A stretch of 64,000 nucleotides of DNA from Rhodobacterales bacterium (GTDB lineage Bacteria > Pseudomonadota > Alphaproteobacteria > Rhodobacterales > Rhodobacteraceae): assembly GCA_002747325.1 (NCBI GenBank), contig PDOZ01000032.1:6962-70961 (forward strand), in the 5' to 3' direction. Positions 1-9,717 of this stretch are shown here, piece after piece (position 1 is the stretch's first letter; every line of letters starts with the position of its first letter). The notes under the pieces are model-generated. The model was not told the origin of the DNA. It made no database searches and worked only from the letters and a program-made list of their open reading frames with translations. Both the position numbers and the translations under genes were made by a program.

Positions 1-522
1 CGCGCTGATGATCTCTCCGGTCAGGCACATCTGCATGGCGCGAAACTTGCCCACCGCGCGCACAAGGCGCTGGGTTCCGCCCGCGCCGGGCATGATGCCG
101 ACGCGCACCTCCGGCTGCCCCAGTTTTGCGCCCCGCCCCACGACCGTAATGTCGCAATGCATCGCCAGTTCCATTCCGCCGCCGAGCGCAAAGCCGTTTA
201 CCGCCGCAATCACGGGCAGCGGACAATCACCAACGGCGGCCCAGAGGCGCTCCGTATGGCGGTGATACATTTCAACCGCCGACAGCGTGGACATATCGGC
301 GATATCCGCCCCGGCGGCGAAACTGGTCTCGTCCCCGGTCAAGACCACGCAACGCAGGTCTTTATCCTCGGTGAAGCCCTGAAAAATCCCGGCCAGCTTC
401 TGCCGAATTTCCAGATCCAGCGCATTGCGGACCTCGGGCCGGTTAAGGCGCACAACGGCAATACCGGGCTCGGGCCGCTCAAGCAGCACGCTCTCCCCCC
501 GTGGGGTCTGCGTCGCCGTCAT
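1..522 (-). CDS. Enoyl-CoA hydratase/isomerase (crotonase) family protein, N-terminal part only (C-terminus lies beyond window start)
   Basis: Not in the ORF track because it runs off the edge. My translation of the minus strand from ATG 522-520 gives [36 protein letters not shown]...VIAAVNGFALGGGMELAMHCD...GIMPGAGGTQRL, which are crotonase-fold motifs. The ATG overlaps the TGA of the upstream thiolase gene (ATGA). Confidence 0.85.
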   Translation of the reverse strand, partial: MTATQTPRGESVLLERPEPGIAVVRLNRPEVRNALDLEIRQKLAGIFQGFTEDKDLRCVVLTGDETSFAAGADIADMSTLSAVEMYHRHTERLWAAVGDCPLPVIAAVNGFALGGGMELAMHCDITVVGRGAKLGQPEVRVGIMPGAGGTQRLVRAVGKFRAMQMCLTGEIISA

Positions 523-1721
523 GGCTGCACCAGCACGGCCGCAACGCCCTGTCCCACGCCAACACACATGGTGCAAAGCGCCGTCTTATGCCCCTTTGCC
601 TGCATCTCCAGCGCTGCCGTCAGGGCCAGCCGGGTACCCGACATGCCCAGCGGATGACCCAGCGCAATCGCCCCCCCGTTAGGGTTCACATGCTCGGCGT
701 CATCGGGCAGGCCCAGTTCGCGCAAAACGGCAAGCGCCTGCGCCGCGAAGGCCTCGTTCAACTCGATCAGATCCATGTCGCCGATATCCATCCCCAGATT
801 GTCCAGCAGCTTGCGGCTGGCCGGCACCGGACCGATCCCCATGAGCCGAGGCGAAACCCCGGCGCTCGCCATGCCCGCAACGCGCGCGATCGGGGTCAGC
901 CCGTAGCGCTCCACCGCCGCGCCAGACGCCACCAGCACCGCCGCCGCACCATCGTTGACGCCCGACGCATTGCCCGCCGTCACCGTGCCGTTCTCCCGAA
1001 ACGGGGTTTTCAGAGCGGCAAGTTTGTCCAGCGATGTCACGCGGGGATGCTCATCGGCCTCGACCAGAACTGTCTCGCGCCGCGATAGCGGCACGCTGAT
1101 CGGGGTGATCTCCGCAGCAAACCGCCCCACCGCCTGCGCGGCGGCATAACGCTCCTGACTGCGCATGGCGAAAGCGTCCTGATCCACCCGCTTGATCCCG
1201 AAATGCTCGGCCACGTTCTCGCCGGTCTCGGGCATGGAATCGATGCCATACTGCTTCGCCAGCGCCTTGTTTACGAACCGCCAGCCAATCGTAGTGTCAT
1301 AAATCTCCGCCCGGCGCGAAAAGGGCGCGTCGGCCTTCGGCATGACCAATGGCGCGCGGGACATGGATTCCACCCCGCCCGCCAACACTACCTCAGCTTC
1401 GCCGGTGCGAATGGCGCGCGCCGCCAGTCCGACCGCATCCAGCCCCGAGCCGCAGAGCCGGTTTACCGTCATCCCCGGCACCGTTTCCGGCAATCCCGCC
1501 AGCAACACCGCCATACGGGCCACGTTGCGATTGTCCTCTCCCGCCTGATTGGCGCAACCGAGATAAACCTCGTCCACCGCGTCAGGCGGCAGGTCCGGCA
1601 CCTGCGCCATCACGGCCCGCAACACATGCGCCGCCATATCGTCGGGCCGCACGCGGGCCAGCGCCCCGCCATAGCGACCGATGGGCGTGCGTGTTCCTGC
1701 ACAGATATAAGCGTCGGTCAT
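519..1721 (-). CDS. Acetyl-CoA C-acyltransferase / 3-ketoacyl-CoA thiolase (PcaF/PaaJ-like)
   Basis: ORF 519..1733. N-terminus [19 protein letters not shown] and C-terminus [20 protein letters not shown]...CVGVGQG are thiolase signatures. I prefer ATG at 1721 over the GTG at 1733. Confidence 0.92.
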   Translation of the reverse strand: MTDAYICAGTRTPIGRYGGALARVRPDDMAAHVLRAVMAQVPDLPPDAVDEVYLGCANQAGEDNRNVARMAVLLAGLPETVPGMTVNRLCGSGLDAVGLAARAIRTGEAEVVLAGGVESMSRAPLVMPKADAPFSRRAEIYDTTIGWRFVNKALAKQYGIDSMPETGENVAEHFGIKRVDQDAFAMRSQERYAAAQAVGRFAAEITPISVPLSRRETVLVEADEHPRVTSLDKLAALKTPFRENGTVTAGNASGVNDGAAAVLVASGAAVERYGLTPIARVAGMASAGVSPRLMGIGPVPASRKLLDNLGMDIGDMDLIELNEAFAAQALAVLRELGLPDDAEHVNPNGGAIALGHPLGMSGTRLALTAALEMQAKGHKTALCTMCVGVGQGVAAVLVQP

Positions 1722-1729
1722 GGCGTGTC

Positions 1730-2539
1730 TCACAACGGCGATTCAGGGTTGAAATCGGGGCGGCGCTTCTCCTTGAGCGAGGCCAGACCCTCCTGCACAT
1801 CCGGGCCGTTGAAGCCCATGAACTCAAGGGCGAGCGAGGTGTCAAAGGTCGGGCCCGCCTGCCGCAGCCAGTTGTTGAGCGCATATTTGGTGAAGCGCAC
1901 CGCAGAGGGCGACCCCTTGGACAGTTTCACCGCCACTTCAAGCGCCTTGTCATGCAAATCGCCCGGCTCGGTGCAAAGCGAAACCAGACCAATGCGCTCC
2001 GCCTCTTCGCCACTGACAGGCTCACACAGCATCAGGTAATACTTCGACTTTGCCAGACCGCACAGCAGGGGCCAGACGATGGCCGCATGGTCTCCCGCCG
2101 CGACGCCCAGCCGGGTATGCCCGTCGATGATGCGCGCGGTCTTGCTGGCAATGGAAACATCCGCCAGCAACCCGGCGACCAGACCCGCCCCCACGGACGG
2201 ACCTTCCATCGCGGAAACGATGGGCTTGGAACAGTTAATCACGTTGTAAACCAGGTCGCGAGCTTCCTTCCAGACACGGGTCAGGGTCTCGAAATCCTGC
2301 GTCATGTCACGGACCAGCTCCAGATCGCCGCCGCCGGAAAACGCATCCCCTGCCCCGCGGATGATGGCCACACTGACATTCGGATCGGCATCAATGTCGC
2401 GCCATACTCGCGTCAACTCGCCATGCATCTGCGCATCAGCCGCATTCATCCGGCCGGGGTTTTCCATCGTGATCCGCAGAACCCGCTCGGCTGGCCAGTC
2501 GAATTTCAGCTTTTCGTAACTTGCATAGCGATCGGTCAT
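1730..2539 (-). CDS. Enoyl-CoA hydratase/isomerase family protein
   Basis: 269-aa ORF with crotonase-type motifs ([25 protein letters not shown]). It overlaps its neighbours by 4 nt on both sides, indicating an operon. Confidence 0.85.
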   Translation of the reverse strand: MTDRYASYEKLKFDWPAERVLRITMENPGRMNAADAQMHGELTRVWRDIDADPNVSVAIIRGAGDAFSGGGDLELVRDMTQDFETLTRVWKEARDLVYNVINCSKPIVSAMEGPSVGAGLVAGLLADVSIASKTARIIDGHTRLGVAAGDHAAIVWPLLCGLAKSKYYLMLCEPVSGEEAERIGLVSLCTEPGDLHDKALEVAVKLSKGSPSAVRFTKYALNNWLRQAGPTFDTSLALEFMGFNGPDVQEGLASLKEKRRPDFNPESPL

Positions 2540-4065
2540 ATTTTCTTCTCCTTGTCACTCCAGAACGGCTCCCGCAGGAGGTTCTTCTGTATTTTTCCGA
2601 TGGGCGTCTTGGGAAAGTCGCGCACAAATTCCACATGCCGGGGCCGCTTGAACCGGGCAAGCTGGCTGGCACAATGCGCCACCAGCGTTTCCTCATCGAG
2701 ACTCTCTCCCGCCTTCAGCACCACGAAAGCCGCGGGCACCTCGCCCCATGTGTCATCCGGGATGCCGAACACGGCGCATTCCGCAACCTCGCTGCGGGCA
2801 TAGATCACATCTTCGATCTCTTTCGGATAGATATTTTCCCCGCCCGAGATAATCATGTCCTTGGACCGATCCACCAGCGTGATGAACCCGTCCTCGTCAA
2901 TCGTGCCGACATCGCCGGTCTCGGCCCAGCCATTGTTCCAGAATTTGGCGGTCTGTTCCGGCTCGTTGTAATATTCCAGCATGATATTATCGCCGCGCGA
3001 GACAATTTCCCCAATCTCACCGGGCTGAACCCGCTCGCCCTGCGCATTCACCACCGCCACATCGACGTTGTAACACTGGCGCCCGATCGACCCGAGTTTT
3101 TCGGGCAGATACCAATGGCGCAGGGAGGTCAGAACGCCCATTTCGGACTGACCGTAAATCTGGGTCAGCGCCACGTCGGGCAGCTTTTCCAGCAGGCTCC
3201 GCTGCACCCAGTCCGGCATCGGCGCCCCCGCGAAGGACGCCTTTTTCCAGCTGGCATAATGCTGCGCGGCGAACCCTTCGTCGCTGACAACCTGCGCCAG
3301 CTGCGTCGGCACGGCAAAAACCGCAGTCATGCCCGTATCGCGCACCATTTCGGCAAAGCCTTCAACCGACCACTTGCTCAGCAAGGTTGTGGTCGCCCCG
3401 GCCAGAATGGCGGGCTGAAACATGATGTTGAGCGCGGCGACATGGAACATCGGCGACACGATACCGACCACGTCCCGCTCGTCGATGGCCTCTTCGACCA
3501 TCACCGTATGGGCGGTGACGCAGCGGTTTCGGTGGCTGCATAGAACACCTTTGGGCCGCCCCGTCGTGCCGCCGGTATAGGTCATGCAGAAGGGATCATC
3601 CTCGGCCAGATCCACAGCGGGCGCGGTCGCATCGCCCGCCGCGACAAAGTCGTCAAAGTTTTCATCCTCGCCGCCGCCGCCAATGCGCACGAGCTTGCGC
3701 AGTTTGGGCAAACGGTCCCGCACCGCCGCAACCTTCTCCGCAAAGACATCTTCGTAAATCAGATATTCGACATCGGCCTTGTTCAGCACATAAACCAACT
3801 CATCGGGGGCATAGAGCACCGAGACATTCACAATCACACAGCCGGACCGCGCCACGCCGAAAAAGGCGATGCCATATTCCGTCCGGTTGCGGCACAGCAT
3901 CCCCACCTTGGCGGCCTTTGGCAATCCATCACGGATCAGCCGGTTGGCCAGACGGTTTGCCGCAACGTCCAGTGCCCGGTAGCTGAGCGATGTGCCTTCC
4001 CACAGGATTGCAGGCTTGTCGGGAAACCGCTCCGCCGAACGCCTGAGCATATCACCTGTCAACAT
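2536..4065 (-). CDS. AMP-dependent acyl-CoA synthetase/ligase
   Basis: AMP-binding motifs [12 protein letters not shown] and [32 protein letters not shown] moved the start to ATG 4065 (MLTGDML...) because a GGGGGGA Shine-Dalgarno lies about 7 nt upstream. Confidence 0.9.
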   Translation of the reverse strand: MLTGDMLRRSAERFPDKPAILWEGTSLSYRALDVAANRLANRLIRDGLPKAAKVGMLCRNRTEYGIAFFGVARSGCVIVNVSVLYAPDELVYVLNKADVEYLIYEDVFAEKVAAVRDRLPKLRKLVRIGGGGEDENFDDFVAAGDATAPAVDLAEDDPFCMTYTGGTTGRPKGVLCSHRNRCVTAHTVMVEEAIDERDVVGIVSPMFHVAALNIMFQPAILAGATTTLLSKWSVEGFAEMVRDTGMTAVFAVPTQLAQVVSDEGFAAQHYASWKKASFAGAPMPDWVQRSLLEKLPDVALTQIYGQSEMGVLTSLRHWYLPEKLGSIGRQCYNVDVAVVNAQGERVQPGEIGEIVSRGDNIMLEYYNEPEQTAKFWNNGWAETGDVGTIDEDGFITLVDRSKDMIISGGENIYPKEIEDVIYARSEVAECAVFGIPDDTWGEVPAAFVVLKAGESLDEETLVAHCASQLARFKRPRHVEFVRDFPKTPIGKIQKNLLREPFWSDKEKKI

Positions 4066-4147
4066 TTCGGATCCCCCCGGCCTGATGGCAAAACACACTT
4101 CTTCCTATCGACATGCTTTGATCGGGGCATTATATGCAATGGTAGAT

Positions 4148-4166
4148 TGCAGAATTAAGTTCTGCA
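4148..4166. promoter_or_regulatory. Inverted repeat TGCAGAA-N5-TTCTGCA in the divergent ligase/iclR promoter region (candidate IclR operator)
   Basis: Read directly: tgcagaattaagttctgca has 7-bp perfect arms. It lies between the divergent starts at 4065 (-) and 4210 (+). Confidence 0.35.
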
Positions 4167-4173
4167 CAGCGGA

Positions 4174-4197
4174 ATTTTATACGGGATTTTATACGGG
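4174..4197. repeat. Perfect tandem duplication of the 12-mer ATTTTATACGGG
   Basis: Read directly: attttatacggg attttatacggg at 4174-4185 and 4186-4197. The second copy ends 12 nt before the iclR GTG start. Confidence 0.8.
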
Positions 4198-4209
4198 GGA
4201 GAAAATCGG

Positions 4210-4950
4210 GTGGCAGAAGGAGACAGGCAATTTGTCGATGCCTTAGCGCGCGGTCTGGCGATACTGGAATGCCTGTCGCGGTCGCATCAGCCTATCGGGA
4301 ACCGGGCCATTTCGGAGGCGGTCGGGCTGGCCCCGTCAACGGTCAGCCGCCTGACCCATACGCTTTGTGTGCTGGGATATATCCGCCCGGCGGCGAATAG
4401 CCGTGCCTATGAGCTGACACCGAAAAATCTCGCGCTGGGATACCCCGTTCTGGCGGGGCTGAGCCTGATCGACAGGTTGCGCCCCAGCCTTGAGGAGATC
4501 AGCAAGGCGACCGGCGAAACGGCGGCTTTGGCGATCCGCGACGGGTTTCATATTTCTTTCGTGTCCGTGGTGCATGGCACCAATATGGTCGCCGTTCGGT
4601 TGGCTACCGGCGGGCGGCTGCGGATGCAGGAATCGGCGGCGGGAATTGCGCTGGTGGCGGCGATGGAGGAAAAAGAGCGGCGCATGGTGGCGGGTCGGCT
4701 GCGTGCCAACATGACCCGTCATGGCCAGGACCCCAAACTCTTCGATGCCGCGCTGGAGGATTGCCTGAACCGCGGGGTTGCGGTCATTCGCAATTCGTGG
4801 CGCGAGGGGGTTGGCGGCGTGGCGGTTCCGATCTCGCACCAGACCGAAACCGCCGCCCTGACCATTCCCGTTGCCACCGGCAGCGTTTCGGAAGACGACA
4901 TGCGCGGCCGACTGGCCGATCTGTTGCAGGAGAAGGCGCGGGCCTACTGA
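4210..4950 (+). CDS. IclR family transcriptional regulator
   Basis: 246-aa ORF with an N-terminal winged HTH (IGNRAISEAVGLAPSTVSRLTHTL) and an IclR-type effector domain. It is divergent from an acyl-CoA catabolic operon. GTG start. Confidence 0.88.
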   Translation: MAEGDRQFVDALARGLAILECLSRSHQPIGNRAISEAVGLAPSTVSRLTHTLCVLGYIRPAANSRAYELTPKNLALGYPVLAGLSLIDRLRPSLEEISKATGETAALAIRDGFHISFVSVVHGTNMVAVRLATGGRLRMQESAAGIALVAAMEEKERRMVAGRLRANMTRHGQDPKLFDAALEDCLNRGVAVIRNSWREGVGGVAVPISHQTETAALTIPVATGSVSEDDMRGRLADLLQEKARAY

Positions 4951-4971
4951 CCGATCCGCGCCGCTCCCCGG

Positions 4972-6468
4972 TTACTGCGCCAGAGCCGACAGCCCAAGCT
5001 GCGCGCGCCGTCGCAACCACCCGCTGGGCCGGTAGCGATCATCGCCCGTAAGGCGCTGAATTACTTGCAGGATTTCGTAGGCGCGCTCAACGCCGATATC
5101 GTCGGTCATCGCCAGCGGCCCCACCGGATAATTCAGCCCCAGCCGCATGGCGGTGTCGATTCCGTCCGGCGAGGCGAGCCCCATTTGCGCCATTTCGCAC
5201 CCCAGATTGCATACCATCAGCGCAATCCGCTGCCCGATGAAGCCCGGCGAATCCGCAATGGCCGTAACCGCCCGCGACGCGGCCAGCAGGGACACCACCC
5301 CGCCGCGAATCGCCTCATCAACATCGGGCGGCGTCATCACCGTGACCCTTTTTGACAAATCCCCCAGCGGGTCGATCGCCACCAGACGTTTGTGATCCAG
5401 CCCGGTGCGGGCAGCAAAGGCGGCACAATCCTCCCCCAGCAGGCCGACCACAATTGGCGCCGCGCCATCATCGGCCTCCAGCACAACCGCGTTGCACGCC
5501 CGGACCAGCTCCCGCACTTCCCCGTGACCTTCGGGCACGAAAACCCGCGTCGCAGGGGCGGCGTCGCTCGTTGCGTCCGGCGAAGGCCGCCCGGCCCCTT
5601 CCGCATAGTCAAAAAAACCGCGCCCCGTTTTGCGGCCAAGCTGTTTCGTGTCCAGCATGTATTTATGCCGCGTGGTGGAGCGCAAGCGCGGGTCTCCAAA
5701 CATGGCCTCATGCACGAAGGCGCTGACCGGGTAGTTCACGTCGATCCCCGTCAGGTCCATCAGTTCAAATGGCCCCATGCGGAAGCCGAAACAATCGCGC
5801 ATGACCGCATCGACCTGAGCAGGCGTCGCCACCCGTTCCTGAAGGATCGCCAGCGCTTCCGTCGGATAGGCCCGCCCGCCAAAATTCACCAGAAAGCCCG
5901 GCGTATCCGTCACCTCAATCGGCGTGCGGCCCATGGTTTCGGCCAACGCGATCAAGCGTGCGATCACGTCGCTGCTTGTATCCGGCCCCGCAATGACCTC
6001 GACCAGACGCATGAGCGGCACGGGGTTGAAAAAATGCATCCCCGCGACGCGGTCCTTGCGCGTCAGCCCCGCCGCAATGGCGCCGATGGGCAGGGAAGAG
6101 GTGTTGGTCGCCAGAATGCACTCGTCCGACACGATACCTTCCAGCGCCGCAAAAACCGCGACCTTGGCCTCCAGCTTCTCAACGATCGCTTCAATCACCA
6201 CGCTGGCCGGAGCGAGGTCTTCCAGAGCGTTGGCCACCTCCAGCCGCCCGGCCGCCTGTTGCGCCGCCTCCGCCGTCAGCTTGCCCTTATCCACCAGCCG
6301 CGTCAGCCGCCTGAAGATACCATCTCGTGCCGCGCTGGCCGCCCCGTCGCCAATATCGAACAGGCGCGCCGTCAAGCCGTTCTGCACCAAGACCTGCGCG
6401 ATACCCGCCCCCATGGCCCCCGCGCCCACAACGCCAATGATGGCATCCGTCGTCACCTCGTTTTTCAT
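4972..6468 (-). CDS. 3-hydroxyacyl-CoA dehydrogenase (NAD-binding domain plus duplicated C-terminal domain)
   Basis: Rossmann motif IGVVGAGAMGAGIA and the HFFNPVPLMRLVE motif. Start set at ATG 6468 (MKNEV...) with GAGGAGG upstream. Confidence 0.9.
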   Translation of the reverse strand: MKNEVTTDAIIGVVGAGAMGAGIAQVLVQNGLTARLFDIGDGAASAARDGIFRRLTRLVDKGKLTAEAAQQAAGRLEVANALEDLAPASVVIEAIVEKLEAKVAVFAALEGIVSDECILATNTSSLPIGAIAAGLTRKDRVAGMHFFNPVPLMRLVEVIAGPDTSSDVIARLIALAETMGRTPIEVTDTPGFLVNFGGRAYPTEALAILQERVATPAQVDAVMRDCFGFRMGPFELMDLTGIDVNYPVSAFVHEAMFGDPRLRSTTRHKYMLDTKQLGRKTGRGFFDYAEGAGRPSPDATSDAAPATRVFVPEGHGEVRELVRACNAVVLEADDGAAPIVVGLLGEDCAAFAARTGLDHKRLVAIDPLGDLSKRVTVMTPPDVDEAIRGGVVSLLAASRAVTAIADSPGFIGQRIALMVCNLGCEMAQMGLASPDGIDTAMRLGLNYPVGPLAMTDDIGVERAYEILQVIQRLTGDDRYRPSGWLRRRAQLGLSALAQ

Positions 6469-6749
6469 CTGCCCCTCCTCGTCAGTATCGGCGCCCCACG
6501 ACGACCACAACAGCGCAGCACAATGCCGCCGGTATCCTTAGAAGACGTGCCGGCACATCCGATGTAAAGCCTTCAGAACCGATATGAATTGCGCTCTGCG
6601 GAATTTGTGTCTGCGCCTCGGATCAGGACGGGCCACGCCTCAGACGCCAGAGCAGCTGGGTAAATTTGCACAACCAACAAGACCCGGACCCAAAAGTGCG
6701 CGGATGCAAACATTCCCGGTGGGGAGTTGATCTTGCGGCGGTTAGGATC

Positions 6750-6770
6750 GTAGTGGCGCTCCGGGGAGGA
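6750..6770 (-). repeat. Partial copy (20 of 21 nt) of the 3' end of the adjacent tRNA-Arg gene
   Basis: gtagtggcgctccggggagga at 6750-6770 versus gtagtggcgctctggggagga at 6842-6862. They are in direct orientation with starts 92 nt apart. Confidence 0.8.
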
Positions 6771-6845
6771 CCATTGGAAACCAAAGCGAAACAGCTTCCG
6801 ACTTAACTCAGAAGTCTTTGATCTTAAACAGGTTTTTGGTGGTAG

Positions 6846-6922
6846 TGGCGCTCTGGGGAGGATTCGAACCCCCGACCCCTTGATTCGTAGTCAAGTACTC
6901 TATCCAGCTGAGCTACCAGAGC
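6846..6922 (-). tRNA. tRNA-Arg (anticodon ACG)
   Basis: Reverse complement is GCTCTGGTAGCTCAGCTGGATAGAGTACTTGACTACGAATCAAGGGGTCGGGGGTTCGAATCCTCCCCAGAGCGCCA. It folds as a cloverleaf: 7-bp acceptor stem, anticodon stem CTTGA/TCAAG with loop CTACGAA, a TTCGAAT T-loop and an encoded CCA. Confidence 0.92.
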
Positions 6923-7076
6923 GCGGTGGCGGGGATGTAGCCTTCTGCGCCGGGGGATGCAAGGGGGAAAATGCAACTTTTCCCGGAACATGGGTTTTCG
7001 CCCCGATCCGCTCTCGCCTCTGGACCTCCCCGCGCCCTGCACATAGAGTCCCGGCAACGAGGAAAGGGAGGCTACC

Positions 7077-7949
7077 ATGGCGACCGGCAGCAATATCCGC
7101 ACTTATTTCGAAGGCCGCTGGCATGACGGCGATGTGTCGGTGATGCGCGCCGCCGATAACGGCGCCTGGCTGGGCACCAATGTGTTCGACGGAGCGCGGC
7201 TGTTTGATGGGATGACGCCGGATCTGGATAAGCACCTCGCGCGGGTCAATGCCTCGGCTGAGGCGCTGATGATCACGCCAACCATGAGCGTGGCGGAGAT
7301 GATGGAGATCACCCGCGAGGGGCTGGCTGCCTATGCCCCCGGCGCGGCGGTCTATATCCGCCCGATGTATTGGGCGATTGACGGGGGCGAAGGCGCGATC
7401 CTGCCCGCGGAAGGTTCGACCGGCTTTGCCATCAGCCTCGAGGAAATCCCCATGCCCGCACCAGACGCCGCCGCGACCCTGACCCGAACCCGCTTCCGCC
7501 GCCCGACGCTGGAAAACGCGGTGGTCAATGCCAAGGCGGGCTGCCTCTATCCCAACAACATGCGCATGCTGGCCGAAGCCCGTGCGCGCGGCTTTTCCAA
7601 TGCGCTATCCTGCGACGCGGCGGGCAATGTGGCCGAAACCGCCACTGCCAACGCCTTTCTGGTCAAGGATGGGGAGGTGTTCACCCCCATCGCCAACGGC
7701 ACCTTCCTCGCTGGCATCACCCGCGCCCGGCATATCGAAAACCTGCGCGCCGATGGCATCCGGGTGCATGAAGCCGTGCTGACCTACGCCGACTTTGAAA
7801 CCGCGGATGAGGTCTTCCTCTCCGGCAACATGGCCAAGGTCACGCCGGTTTCGCGCTTCGATGACCGTGAATACGAGATTGGGCCGATGACCGAACGGGT
7901 GCGCGCGCTGTATTGGGACTGGGCGGCGAGCGATCACGCAAAGCCGTAG
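7077..7949 (+). CDS. Branched-chain amino acid aminotransferase (PLP fold type IV)
   Basis: 290-aa ORF. Length and motifs (NAKAGCLYPNNM, ETATANAFLV, FLSGNMAKVTPV) fit class IV aminotransferases. Confidence 0.82.
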   Translation: MATGSNIRTYFEGRWHDGDVSVMRAADNGAWLGTNVFDGARLFDGMTPDLDKHLARVNASAEALMITPTMSVAEMMEITREGLAAYAPGAAVYIRPMYWAIDGGEGAILPAEGSTGFAISLEEIPMPAPDAAATLTRTRFRRPTLENAVVNAKAGCLYPNNMRMLAEARARGFSNALSCDAAGNVAETATANAFLVKDGEVFTPIANGTFLAGITRARHIENLRADGIRVHEAVLTYADFETADEVFLSGNMAKVTPVSRFDDREYEIGPMTERVRALYWDWAASDHAKP

Positions 7950-8008
7950 AGCAAAGCCGTAGACATTCGGGGGACTTCCGGGCACACTGAAAGCAACGGG
8001 AGGATGAT

Positions 8009-8464
8009 ATGCGGACATTTCTGGTGGTGCTGGACGACAGCAAGGAATGCCTCAACGCCATGCGCTTTGCCGCCATGCGGGCCGAACATACCGGCGGGTC
8101 GGTGGAAATTCTGTCGGTGATCCCGCCGGAGGAGTTCAACCACTGGATCGGTGTCAGCTCCATCATGCGCGAGGAGGCCCGTGAGCGCATCGAGGCGCAT
8201 TATCAGGTCTTCGCGACGTGGATGCGGTCAAAACATGGGGTGGACCCGGAACTGGTGATCCGGGAAGGCTACCCGGTGGAGGAAATCCTCGCACGGGTGA
8301 ACGAAAACCCGGAAATCGGCGTGCTGGTGCTGGGCGCAGGAGCTGGGCGACGCGGGCCGGGGCCGATCATCACCGAAATGATGCGTAGCGCAGGCTCCCT
8401 GCCAATCCCGATGACCATCGTGCCGGTCGAACTATCGAAAGAACGCCTGCAAAAGATCACCTGA
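8009..8464 (+). CDS. Universal stress protein (UspA family)
   Basis: 151-aa ORF with the MRTFLVVLDDSKE start and a VLVLGAG...G-rich ATP-binding loop typical of the Usp fold. Confidence 0.82.
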   Translation: MRTFLVVLDDSKECLNAMRFAAMRAEHTGGSVEILSVIPPEEFNHWIGVSSIMREEARERIEAHYQVFATWMRSKHGVDPELVIREGYPVEEILARVNENPEIGVLVLGAGAGRRGPGPIITEMMRSAGSLPIPMTIVPVELSKERLQKIT

Positions 8465-9105
8465 TGCAGCGGCAGATCCTTCCCTGGTTTCTCGCCGCGC
8501 TCCTCCTGCTCGCCGCCGCCTTTTATGGTCTGACCCGCACGATGACGCCGCTGATCGGCTACATTCTGGCGCTGGCGCTCTATTGGCTGATCCTCACCGC
8601 GCTGATCCTGCGTTTCAAAGACAGCCGCAGCTTCACCAGCCTGCTGCACAGCCGCCCCGCGCCGCTGATCTTGCATATCGGGCTGATGCTATTGCTGCTT
8701 GCGCTGGCGACGGTCAGCATCCCCATGGTTCTGGCCGCACCGCCCAGCGCCGCGCTGATCAGCGTTGCCATTATCGCCGCCCTGATCAACGGCACGCTGG
8801 AAGAGACCTTCTGGCGCGGGGTGGCGCTGCCGCCCGGCCCCGTCCGCGCGCCGGATTTCGCCGCCAATCTGATCCTCTTCACTCTCTGGCACGTCACCAC
8901 CCTGTTCGCCACCGGCATCATCCGCCCCGGCGCGGACAGCCTCAGCAGCCATGCCACCTCCATGCTCACAGGCGCGTTTGTGCTGGGCCTCATCGCGCTC
9001 GGGCTGCGGCACTGGAGCAGCGGGGCGGGGCTGGCGGCGCGGCTGCATGTCGGGGTCAACCTACTCGCCTTCACCGCGCTTGCCGCCACCAACCCCCTGC
9101 CCTGA
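8464..9105 (+). CDS. CPBP family intramembrane glutamic endopeptidase (CAAX protease-like)
   Basis: Polytopic membrane ORF with the EExxxR motif (LEETFWRG) and a downstream LWH histidine motif. Its start shares a nucleotide with the usp stop codon. Confidence 0.78.
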   Translation: MQRQILPWFLAALLLLAAAFYGLTRTMTPLIGYILALALYWLILTALILRFKDSRSFTSLLHSRPAPLILHIGLMLLLLALATVSIPMVLAAPPSAALISVAIIAALINGTLEETFWRGVALPPGPVRAPDFAANLILFTLWHVTTLFATGIIRPGADSLSSHATSMLTGAFVLGLIALGLRHWSSGAGLAARLHVGVNLLAFTALAATNPLP

Positions 9106-9159
9106 ACTTGACTCGCCGCCACTTCGGTCGCATATGAAAGGCCAATGAAAGGTGCGCCC

Positions 9160-9717
9160 ATGTTCATCCAGACCGAGACAACCCCGAACCCCGCAACGCT
9201 GAAATTCCTGCCCGGCCGTGAAGTGCTGGATATGGGCACGGCGGATTTCCCCAGCCGGGACGCCGCCGCCAAATCGCCGCTGGCGCTGCGGCTCTTTGCC
9301 GTGGCCGGAGTTGAGGGCGTGTTTCTGGGCCACGATTTCATCACCGTGACCAAGGCAGAGGCGCAGAACTGGGACGACATGAAGCCCGCTCTGCTCGGCG
9401 CCATCATGGAGCATTTCCAGTCCGGTGATGCGGTCCTGTCCGGCGACCGCGACGCGGCCCATGCGGAACATACCGGCGAGGACGAGGAAATCGTCAACCA
9501 GATCAAAGACCTGCTCGATACCCGCGTGCGTCCCGCCGTGGCGCAGGATGGCGGCGACATCACCTTCCACGGCTTCGATCGCGGCGTGGTGTATCTGCAC
9601 ATGCAGGGCGCTTGCGCCGGTTGCCCCTCCTCGACCCTGACGCTGAAAATGGGCATCGAGAACCTGTTGCGCCACTATATCCCGGAAGTCACCGAGGTGC
9701 GGCCCGTTGCCATCTGA
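9160..9717 (+). CDS. NifU/Nfu-type Fe-S cluster scaffold protein (Nfu_N plus NifU C-terminal CxxC domain)
   Basis: MFIQTETTPNPATLKFLPG N-terminus and the C-terminal GACAGCPSS motif. I chose ATG 9160 rather than the ORF-track ATG 9145. Confidence 0.85.
   Translation: MFIQTETTPNPATLKFLPGREVLDMGTADFPSRDAAAKSPLALRLFAVAGVEGVFLGHDFITVTKAEAQNWDDMKPALLGAIMEHFQSGDAVLSGDRDAAHAEHTGEDEEIVNQIKDLLDTRVRPAVAQDGGDITFHGFDRGVVYLHMQGACAGCPSSTLTLKMGIENLLRHYIPEVTEVRPVAI

Noticed and set aside
1349-2803. 484-aa + strand ORF spanning the thiolase, hydratase and ligase genes
   Set aside because: It is antisense to three minus-strand genes with clear family motifs. The product is Arg/Pro/Ala/Gly-rich low-complexity sequence, typical of shadow ORFs in high-GC DNA.
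6511-7076. Genomic island or prophage at the tRNA-Arg gene
   Set aside because: No integrase, excisionase or phage genes lie on either side. Only the short duplicated tRNA 3' end is present, and it is reported as a possible scar.
6824-7235. ORFs 6824..7102 (-), 6880..7143 (+) and 6900..7235 (-)
   Set aside because: They overlap the tRNA-Arg gene and the start of the aminotransferase gene. They have no Shine-Dalgarno and no protein-like composition.
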